This document shows, piece by piece, positions 26,713 to 33,187 of a stretch of DNA of 33,905 bases. The notes beneath the pieces were generated by a model that saw only the letters and a list, made by a program, of their open reading frames with translations, was not told the DNA's origin and did no database searches. The stretch covers positions 1 through 33,905 of IMG/VR virus record IMGVR_UViG_3300032236_001084. One strand, written 5' to 3'. Numbering within the stretch: the first letter of the stretch is position 1; each line of letters starts with the position of its first letter. Source of the stretch: a virus. Its lineage: Duplodnaviria; Caudoviricetes. The translations under genes were made by a program, and so were the position numbers.

Positions 26713-27136
26713 ACTATTAGACATATTAGAAGAATCTACTGAGCCAACTATTTTCTATTTCGCATATGGTTCTAATATGGAGCATAAAAGAATGAAACAT
26801 AGATGTCCAGATGCTGTAAAATATTCCGATGGAGTATTATTTGGATGGAAAAGAGAGGTGAATGAAAAAGGTGTAGATACAATAGTAAGAGGTGAGAGTA
26901 GCGATGATCATGTAGAAGGTGTGGTATGGTTGATAACTAAATCTGATCTAGAAACTCTTGATAAAAGAGAAGGTGTAAATATAGGTGACTACATTAAACG
27001 TCATCTTGAAGTAGATACACCGGGTGAAGATAAAATCTGCTTAGTATACATTGCCACAAACAGTAAACCAGGTACAGCAAAAGCTAACTATAAAAGAATA
27101 GTTAAAAAAGGAGAGGAAGAGAATAAAATTCGGTAG
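26705..27136 (+). CDS. Gamma-glutamylcyclotransferase (AIG2-like) with MIKL leader
   Basis: YFAYGSNM, VEGVVWLI...LETLDKREG....Y, CLVY, Y..IV..G. Confidence 0.9.
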   Translation: MIKLLDILEESTEPTIFYFAYGSNMEHKRMKHRCPDAVKYSDGVLFGWKREVNEKGVDTIVRGESSDDHVEGVVWLITKSDLETLDKREGVNIGDYIKRHLEVDTPGEDKICLVYIATNSKPGTAKANYKRIVKKGEEENKIR

Positions 27137-27137
27137 C

Positions 27138-27145
27138 TATTTATA
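27138..27145 (+). promoter_or_regulatory. Putative late promoter motif TATTTATA
   Basis: cTATTTATAa upstream of ATG 27159. Confidence 0.5.
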
Positions 27146-27158
27146 ATTAAAGGAATAC

Positions 27159-27494
27159 ATGATAAAGCTGGTAGAACTATTTAATGAAGAAGCATCTGCT
27201 ACAACCTATCAATTGATCGGTAAATTAACTGTTAATACAACTAAACGTACTCTAGGTGATATCCTAGCTGATATAAGAGCTATTGAAGGAGTGACAATTG
27301 TAAGAGGTGAAGGACAACCTAATGATGTCCCAACCAATAATCCGTCTTATACTGAAGAATTGAAAGTAAAGATTGATCCGTATCCATTTACCTCCTTTGG
27401 TAAACAGCAAGCAGAACAGATTATAAGTCTAATTAAACACGTAAATGGTGTAACCACTTTTATACCATCACAATCAGTACGTAAGATAAAGTAA
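27159..27494 (+). CDS. Small alpha/beta hypothetical protein with MIKL leader
   Basis: MIKLVELFNEE; ILADIRAIEGVTIV...IKHVNGVTTF internal pseudo-repeat suggests a ferredoxin-like fold. Confidence 0.7.
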   Translation: MIKLVELFNEEASATTYQLIGKLTVNTTKRTLGDILADIRAIEGVTIVRGEGQPNDVPTNNPSYTEELKVKIDPYPFTSFGKQQAEQIISLIKHVNGVTTFIPSQSVRKIK

Positions 27495-27498
27495 CAAC

Positions 27499-27506
27499 TA
27501 TTTATA
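27499..27506 (+). promoter_or_regulatory. Putative late promoter motif TATTTATA for the endolysin
   Basis: aacTATTTATAt upstream of ATG 27522. Confidence 0.5.
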
Positions 27507-27521
27507 TAAAACAAATTAAAC

Positions 27522-28145
27522 ATGGATTTAAGTAAATTAAAGGGTAAAATCCCTCAAGCAGTTTTAGATATACTGCCTCCTGCATTTGAAAAGTATGGTG
27601 TAAACACTAACCTTAGAGTAGCACATTTTCTAGCTCAAATAGCTCATGAGAGTGGTGATTTCACAATTAAGACAGAAAGTATGAACTATTCAACTCCTGC
27701 AAGATTAGTAGAAATTTGGCCATCAAGATTTAGTTTAGATGGAGCTGGCGGTAAGAAAAATGCTCATGACTATGTAAAAAACCAAGAAAAACTTGCTGAA
27801 GCAGTTTACGGTGGTAGAATGGGTAATATCAATCCTGGTGATGGTTTCCGTTTCCGTGGAGGTGGTTGGTTGCAGTTAACTGGTAAGGATGCTTATAAAG
27901 GATATGCTGCTTATCTAGGTAAGACAGTAGAAGAAACAGCTGATCTATTACGTTCAGATAACCATTATGCATTAGATGCTGCTTGTTGGGAATATACAAT
28001 CAACATGAAACTGAATCCAGTAGCAGATCAAGGTGCAACTGATGATGTTGTAAAAGTAATTACTAAGAAAGTTAATGGAGGTTATATTGGATTAGCAGAT
28101 AGAACTGCTCATTTCCATAAATTCTATAATGCTTTAACTGCCTAA
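27522..28145 (+). CDS. Glycoside hydrolase family 19 (chitinase-like) endolysin
   Basis: RVAHFLAQIAHESGDF...E, YGGRMGN...GDGFRFRGGGWLQLTGKDAY, ITKKVNGGYIGLADR. Confidence 0.93.
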   Translation: MDLSKLKGKIPQAVLDILPPAFEKYGVNTNLRVAHFLAQIAHESGDFTIKTESMNYSTPARLVEIWPSRFSLDGAGGKKNAHDYVKNQEKLAEAVYGGRMGNINPGDGFRFRGGGWLQLTGKDAYKGYAAYLGKTVEETADLLRSDNHYALDAACWEYTINMKLNPVADQGATDDVVKVITKKVNGGYIGLADRTAHFHKFYNALTA

Positions 28146-28147
28146 AT

Positions 28148-28477
28148 ATGACACTTAAACAATACTTAAGAGAATGTGGTGAATGTGAAAGACAATCTAC
28201 AGATTGGACTCAAGGCCACAACCATGCCGGTAAAATGGCTAAAGGTGAATTAAGAGATCTAATCATGAATGCCGTAGAGGTATATAAAATGTTAGGTCCA
28301 AATGACGAAATTCCGGGTTGGATCGCATCGTATATTACCTTATCTTCAGACTATATACATTCAGTGAAAGAATCGTTAGCAGAAGAAGCAACAGAGATGG
28401 ATAATGACTGGGAAGAAGACAACTACGAAGAAGAACCAGTACCGACTGAATATATTACAGAAAGAAAAAGAAAGTAA
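28148..28477 (+). CDS. Hypothetical acidic protein
   Basis: MTLKQYLRE start; GKMAKGEL...L...DEIPGWIASYITLSSDYI.SV; acidic tail. Confidence 0.7.
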   Translation: MTLKQYLRECGECERQSTDWTQGHNHAGKMAKGELRDLIMNAVEVYKMLGPNDEIPGWIASYITLSSDYIHSVKESLAEEATEMDNDWEEDNYEEEPVPTEYITERKRK

Positions 28478-29028
28478 TGCAAACAAAGCAAGTATTAAAA
28501 TATCTTATTGAACAGGAAGTTCGTAAGTACTTAAGAGAAGGTGAAGATACAACAACACCTGGACCATTAAAACCTGCTAGATCTTTTGAAGAAGATCCTG
28601 TACAGTTTATATTAAGTAAGTACCCTTCTCTAAGAGAGACTCTTGCTATGTTATTAACTAATGATTACGCTGATTATATTACCGGTGTCTACGTAATTGC
28701 ACCTAAGCCCACAACATTCAAAATTGTCCTACATAATGGCCAATCTTTTTATTTAAGATACTTAGGTAGATCTTATGAAGCCAAAGTTGAAGCTAAGAGA
28801 TACTACCTACTAACCCTAGGTGAGAGACAAAGAGCTACTTTAGCAATTGCACATCTTTTAGAATTAGGTGCACCAATCAATGTAAAGGGACCAGAAACAG
28901 AGTTAGCCCATAACGAAACACCTGCAGAAGCTGGAGGAGGTGCACCAGCACCGCCAAGTGGAGAACCTGAACCTCCTACACCTGAAGTATCACCAAATCA
29001 AGCAGAAGAAGAAAAGACTGAATCTTAA
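28477..29028 (+). CDS. Hypothetical protein with Pro/Glu-rich C-terminal tail
   Basis: LKYLIEQEVRKYLRE N-terminus; APKPTTFKIVLHNGQ.FYL; disordered PE-rich tail. Confidence 0.7.
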   Translation: MQTKQVLKYLIEQEVRKYLREGEDTTTPGPLKPARSFEEDPVQFILSKYPSLRETLAMLLTNDYADYITGVYVIAPKPTTFKIVLHNGQSFYLRYLGRSYEAKVEAKRYYLLTLGERQRATLAIAHLLELGAPINVKGPETELAHNETPAEAGGGAPAPPSGEPEPPTPEVSPNQAEEEKTES

Positions 29029-30383
29029 TGATAAAACTAATAGATATACTAAGAGAGGTTTCTTCTCTAAACTCAACAACTCTACTCAAACCCATACCCG
29101 GGTACGTAGATAGAGGTGAAGTTCTATTGAAAAAAATAGAAGGAGAAGAACCTATCGCTTTAGTTAACGGTGACGAAATTGTAGTTAATCCTGAGACCAG
29201 CTCTACATTTATTGATTTACTAAGAGGTAAGAAGTATAAGGAGTTAACTAATGTTAAGTTCTATGATATAGCTGGACTAGGACATAAACTTAGTGAACTA
29301 GCTAAGACTCAAGAATTTGGAAGTAGTAAAGGTATTAGCGGCGGTGCTACACAGACTGCTTTACAGGAATCAGCACAGTGTTTAGTCCTAGCACTTCGTT
29401 ACCATAAAGGTAGTGATTTAACAGAATCAGATCTAGAAGAAGAAGAAAGTCTAAAAGACGTAGCAAGTGACGTAGAGGTATCTGAACCTATTGACAAAGT
29501 TATTGAGTTTATTGAGAATAGTACATCATGGCAATCTACAATGGTTAGTACTGCTAATGTAGTTGCAGGTAAGTATCATAAGAGCTATAAATTCTATAGA
29601 GGAAAGGGTATCGTTACTAAGATAGATCATGCAGCTAAAAAAGCTTTATCCCAAGCAAAAGTAGGTCTAAACATTAATAAATGGAATCCATCTGATATTT
29701 GGATGGCTACCGAAGATGTTAATGAAGAAGACTTTCCTGAAGATATAGATGAGTTAAATGATTTACTTTTAGAGCTTTTTAGAGAAGAAAGACTGATCGG
29801 ATTATCACTTAAGAAGTGTGTATCAAGCTGTAAATCAGAGGTTAATAACCTATCTAAAGAAGCAAACGAAAAGAAAAAAATCACCTATGAAGGTATAAAA
29901 GATAAGAACGAAAACATCTTCAAAGCAAAAGATATCTACCTTATTACAACCAAAGGAACAGTTCAATTTAGAAACTTTCAGAACATAACCGGATGGATGG
30001 GTGAGATAAAAGGTGAAGGAGCAGCAGGTGGTAAGATAGGGTTTGAAGCAATAAATGCTATGTTAACTTCTATTACGAATACACCGCTATCCTCACAGCA
30101 AGAAGTATTAACACAATGCGGTAAACCAAGTAAGGAGTTTATTAATCACTTCTATAAACACTACCAGGCTACAGATCTAGACCCTAAGGTTAGCTTAGAA
30201 GAATTTACAAAACAGTTCACAGAAGCCGGATTAGGAAGTAGAACAAGTAACTATTTTAACATGGAACTATTAGGTCAACTAGATAATCTAGACAAAGAAG
30301 ACCAGGATAGTTTTGCAAGAGATTTATTTAATTACGCTAGCTCTAACACAGAATATTCTTCTGTATTTGTAAAAATATCATAA
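29028..30383 (+). CDS. Putative PD-(D/E)xK restriction-endonuclease-like protein with MIKL leader
   Basis: TALQESAQC helix, NKWNPSDIW and LIGLSLKK resemble an E...PD...SxK catalytic arrangement; leader MIKLIDILRE. Confidence 0.5.
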   Translation: MIKLIDILREVSSLNSTTLLKPIPGYVDRGEVLLKKIEGEEPIALVNGDEIVVNPETSSTFIDLLRGKKYKELTNVKFYDIAGLGHKLSELAKTQEFGSSKGISGGATQTALQESAQCLVLALRYHKGSDLTESDLEEEESLKDVASDVEVSEPIDKVIEFIENSTSWQSTMVSTANVVAGKYHKSYKFYRGKGIVTKIDHAAKKALSQAKVGLNINKWNPSDIWMATEDVNEEDFPEDIDELNDLLLELFREERLIGLSLKKCVSSCKSEVNNLSKEANEKKKITYEGIKDKNENIFKAKDIYLITTKGTVQFRNFQNITGWMGEIKGEGAAGGKIGFEAINAMLTSITNTPLSSQQEVLTQCGKPSKEFINHFYKHYQATDLDPKVSLEEFTKQFTEAGLGSRTSNYFNMELLGQLDNLDKEDQDSFARDLFNYASSNTEYSSVFVKIS

Positions 30384-30844
30384 TGGCTACACATATAAAA
30401 CATTTTTTTGATTTTCTAGAAAAGAAAGATGGTAGAAAAAAGCCTCTTACATATAAGCTTATTCATGATCCTGAATCTCTAACACCTGAAGATTTAGAAG
30501 TAGACGATACTCTTTGGTTAACCGGCACTAAAATTACTTCTCTACCTCAAGGATTAAAAGTAGGTGGAGAACTTTGGTTATCTGGTACTAAAATCACTTC
30601 TTTACCTCAAGGTTTACAGGTAGTTAAAGGTCTTTGGTTAAGAAATACTCCAATCACTTCTCTACCTCAAGGTTTACAGGTAGGTGGAGGTCTTTATTTA
30701 CAGGATAGTAAACTCACTTCTTTACCTCAAGATTTGCAAGTAGGTGGGAATCTTTATTTAAGAAATACTCCATTTTCTAAAAAATACACTAAAGAAGAAA
30801 TTAAGCAAATATACCCGGGTATAAGAGGTGGTATCTATTTATAA
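30383..30844 (+). CDS. LRR-like 20-aa repeat protein
   Basis: Four to five copies of ITSLPQGLxVGGxLxLxxT; N-terminal HFFDFLEKKD...PESLTPEDL. Confidence 0.85.
   Translation: MATHIKHFFDFLEKKDGRKKPLTYKLIHDPESLTPEDLEVDDTLWLTGTKITSLPQGLKVGGELWLSGTKITSLPQGLQVVKGLWLRNTPITSLPQGLQVGGGLYLQDSKLTSLPQDLQVGGNLYLRNTPFSKKYTKEEIKQIYPGIRGGIYL
30494..30773 (+). repeat. 60-bp tandem coding repeat
   Basis: t(c/t)tacctcaa recurs at 30541, 30601, 30661 and 30721. Confidence 0.9.
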
Positions 30845-30854
30845 AAATACAGTA

Positions 30855-31454
30855 ATGGACGACGTACAACTAAAACATTTTTTTGATTTTCTAGAAAAGA
30901 AAGATAGTAGAAAAACACCTCCCGGGGTTCTGACTAGATATAAACTCCTCTATGAACCTGAATCTCTAACACCGGAAGATCTGGTTATCAAAGGTGATCT
31001 TAATTTAAGAGATACTAAAATCACCTCTCTACCACAAGGTTTAAAAGTAGGTGGATGGCTTAATTTAAAGAATACTGGTATTACGTCTTTACCTGATAAT
31101 TTAAAAGTAGGTGGAAGTCTTGATCTAGACCGTACTAAAATCACCTCTCTACCTCAAGGTTTAAAAGTAGGCGGGTATCTTAGTTTAACTGATACACCAA
31201 TTACTTCCTTACCTGATAATTTAAAAGTACCGTGGGAACTATCTTTACAAGGTACTAAAATAACCAGACTTCCTAAAGGTTTGGTTGTTGGTGGCGGAAT
31301 CTTTTTAGGTGAGCAGGTGACTGATATACCGACAGATATTCAAGCAAAGGGCGGTATTCACTACCATAAGGCACCATTTGGTGAGAAAATCAAAGGTTAT
31401 ACAAGAGAAGAACTAAAAAAAATATACCCCGGTGTGTATAGTTTTTGGAAATAA
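30855..31454 (+). CDS. LRR-like 20-aa repeat protein (tandem paralog)
   Basis: ATG 30855 (MDDVQLKHFFDFLEKKD); five to six ITSLP(QG/DN)LKVGG repeats; TATTTATA at 30836-30843 upstream. Confidence 0.85.
   Translation: MDDVQLKHFFDFLEKKDSRKTPPGVLTRYKLLYEPESLTPEDLVIKGDLNLRDTKITSLPQGLKVGGWLNLKNTGITSLPDNLKVGGSLDLDRTKITSLPQGLKVGGYLSLTDTPITSLPDNLKVPWELSLQGTKITRLPKGLVVGGGIFLGEQVTDIPTDIQAKGGIHYHKAPFGEKIKGYTREELKKIYPGVYSFWK
30981..31320 (+). repeat. 60-bp tandem coding repeat with alternating 120-bp higher-order unit
   Basis: Units at 31021/31141 (LPQG) alternate with units at 31081/31201 (LPDN). Confidence 0.88.
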
Positions 31455-31460
31455 AAAAAA

Positions 31461-31492
31461 GTTGCTAATCTGAAAATACTTTCATACCTTTA
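31461..31492 (+). promoter_or_regulatory. Bacteroidota-type promoter (GTTG, 20-nt spacer, TACCTTTA)
   Basis: TTG 31462-64, TACCTTTA 31485-92; upstream of ATG 31510. Confidence 0.5.
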
Positions 31493-31509
31493 TCAAAATA
31501 GATATAGAT

Positions 31510-31758
31510 ATGGAAGAAGCATTTAAAACAATCAAGACACCGGATGGTGTAGTCCTACACACGTACACAGCCCCTGGTAAGAAACCAGTCCCGCATTCCT
31601 TAGATGGCCCTGCCATTAAGTACCCCAAAGATTCTAAACGTAAAGACGAGTATTTTATATTCGGTGTAGCTTATTCGAAAGATAAGTGGTCTGAATTGAA
31701 AGATGACAGTAAGGTGACTTATGTACCAATTGATCCAAGATTAGAAGGCGGTAATTAA
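31510..31758 (+). CDS. Small hypothetical protein with one H-x-x-D-G-P-A repeat unit
   Basis: PHSLDGPAIKYP......EYFIFG..Y...W; 82 aa. Confidence 0.7.
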   Translation: MEEAFKTIKTPDGVVLHTYTAPGKKPVPHSLDGPAIKYPKDSKRKDEYFIFGVAYSKDKWSELKDDSKVTYVPIDPRLEGGN

Positions 31759-31768
31759 TTTCTGTGCC

Positions 31769-31775
31769 TATTTAT
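31769..31775 (+). promoter_or_regulatory. Putative late promoter motif TATTTAT
   Basis: cTATTTATtat upstream of ATG 31793. Confidence 0.5.
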
Positions 31776-31792
31776 TATAAATTAATTATACA

Positions 31793-32272
31793 ATGGCAAA
31801 ACAAGAGTTAATAAAAGAGGCATTTAAGTTACAGCAATTAGCTGGTATTAAATCTCTTTATGAGTTTGAAAGTGATCATATGAAAGAAGCTATGGACGAT
31901 GACAACGTAGCAGATAGCTGGGATAAACCAGAAGACGATGGTGAAGATTATGAAAAAGAACCTTCAATGAAGGATATCAAGACAGTAGAAAAGAAAGCAG
32001 GTGGTAAACAAGCTAAACTAGCTAAACTTATCCAGCAAAAAGATGCTATCTTAGCTAAGTTTAAATCAGGAGAAATCTCAATAAGTGAGTACAAAGAAGA
32101 AATCGGTAACATACCTCAACAAATTAAAAATCTACAAGCCGATATCGAAAAATCAATGGGTATGGGTGGAAGTGAAGAAGAGATGGGAGACGAAGAAACT
32201 TTGTATGAATCTAGACTAAGAGGTGCTATTCGTCTTGAAGTAGGAAAAATCTTAGCAGAACGTAAGAAATAA
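31793..32272 (+). CDS. Acidic, probable internal head protein
   Basis: LIKE, LQQLAGI, LYE, MKE, LYE and LAE motifs; D/E-rich. Confidence 0.6.
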   Translation: MAKQELIKEAFKLQQLAGIKSLYEFESDHMKEAMDDDNVADSWDKPEDDGEDYEKEPSMKDIKTVEKKAGGKQAKLAKLIQQKDAILAKFKSGEISISEYKEEIGNIPQQIKNLQADIEKSMGMGGSEEEMGDEETLYESRLRGAIRLEVGKILAERKK

Positions 32273-32280
32273 TTTTCTAT

Positions 32281-32613
32281 ATGTTAAAATCAGCACTAGT
32301 TGCAATTGCATTAATATTGACAGTAGGTGTAACAGTTTGGATTACAACATCTAGACTGACACCTCCTGTTACTATCCAACATCAAATCGATTCTCTAAAT
32401 AGAATAGACGATTCCCTAAAACATGGACAGGTTGTATTAGATTCTGCTATCAATGAACATGAAGATAGAATCAGTGGTATTGAAGATAGTATAGCCACAG
32501 TTAGAACTATCACAATTACCATAAATAAAAACTATCACGATACTATTACGTATATTGATAAGTTTGGTGTACATCAATTAGATTCCTTTTTTAAAACAAG
32601 ATACACATATTAA
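32281..32613 (+). CDS. N-terminally membrane-anchored coiled-coil protein, i-spanin-like
   Basis: Hydrophobic aa 5-21 followed by heptad repeats; adjacent to a secreted partner gene. Confidence 0.5.
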   Translation: MLKSALVAIALILTVGVTVWITTSRLTPPVTIQHQIDSLNRIDDSLKHGQVVLDSAINEHEDRISGIEDSIATVRTITITINKNYHDTITYIDKFGVHQLDSFFKTRYTY

Positions 32614-32614
32614 A

Positions 32615-33043
32615 ATGAAAAAGTTATTAATAGTTACACTACTACTTATTACAGTAGGCTTAAACGCACAAACTCATTGCGTAGATCTAGACGGTCAAAC
32701 TGTACCTTGCAAAGAGGATACAGTTAGAATACCTTTTCATGCTGCAAAGCAGATAGCCAAAGACTTACTAATAGGTGATAGTACAAAAGCAGTCCTGTAT
32801 CAACTAAAACAAGAACTAGCTCTAACTACACAAATAAGTCTACACAAGGATACTATCATCTCTGACTATAAGAGTAAGGATAGTATATACGAGAATAGAT
32901 TAACTCAAAAGGATATTAAGTTTAATATCGAAAAAAGCTATGCCGATAAATTACAACTACAGAATACTATTTTAAAGCGTGTTACTAAAGGTGTACTATT
33001 AGGTGCATCAGCTGTTATAGCTTTATTACTAGTATTGAAATAA
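32615..33043 (+). CDS. Secreted protein with signal peptide, coiled coil and C-terminal TM helix (spanin-like)
   Basis: MKKLLIVTLLLITVGLNA|Q signal peptide; C-terminal GVLLGASAVIALLLVLK. Confidence 0.5.
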   Translation: MKKLLIVTLLLITVGLNAQTHCVDLDGQTVPCKEDTVRIPFHAAKQIAKDLLIGDSTKAVLYQLKQELALTTQISLHKDTIISDYKSKDSIYENRLTQKDIKFNIEKSYADKLQLQNTILKRVTKGVLLGASAVIALLLVLK

Positions 33044-33095
33044 TTAGTGCTACCTTTCGGACCACTAAGTCTGAACATTTATTAGACCAAATGTG
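33044..33095 (+). ncRNA. Candidate structured RNA: hairpin followed by possible H-type pseudoknot
   Basis: TTAGTG/CACTAA stem (33044-33068); GTCTGA/TTAGAC stem (33069-33087), whose loop ACATTT is complementary to the downstream AAATGT. Confidence 0.35.
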
Positions 33096-33100
33096 CAAAC

Positions 33101-33131
33101 AGCCCAATCCTTTCTAGGTTTGGGTTTTTTT
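33101..33131 (+). terminator. Rho-independent terminator
   Basis: AGCCCAAtCCT-ttct-AGGtTTGGGTT stem-loop running into a T tract. Confidence 0.8.
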
Positions 33132-33142
33132 ATTTACATAAG

Positions 33143-33175
33143 TTTGTAGTTTGACTACTTTTTCATATATTTATA
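33143..33175 (+). promoter_or_regulatory. Composite promoter upstream of terL: host-type TTTG-N19-TATATTTA overlapping TATTTATA
   Basis: TTTG 33143-46, TATATTTA 33166-73, TATTTATA 33168-75; shares AAGTTTGTAGT with the primase promoter. Confidence 0.6.
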
Positions 33176-33187
33176 TAAAAGAGATTA

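Noticed and set aside
15494-30854. Longer upstream starts in the ORF track (15494, 23434, 23762, 25262, 30828)
   Set aside because: They overlap upstream genes; downstream ATGs (15521, 23473, 23795, 25277, 30855) fit family N-termini and gene coupling better.
30494-31320. 60-bp repeats as a CRISPR array or DGR template/variable repeat
   Set aside because: Repeats are in-frame coding units without unique spacers, differences are not adenine-specific, and no cas or reverse transcriptase gene is in the window.
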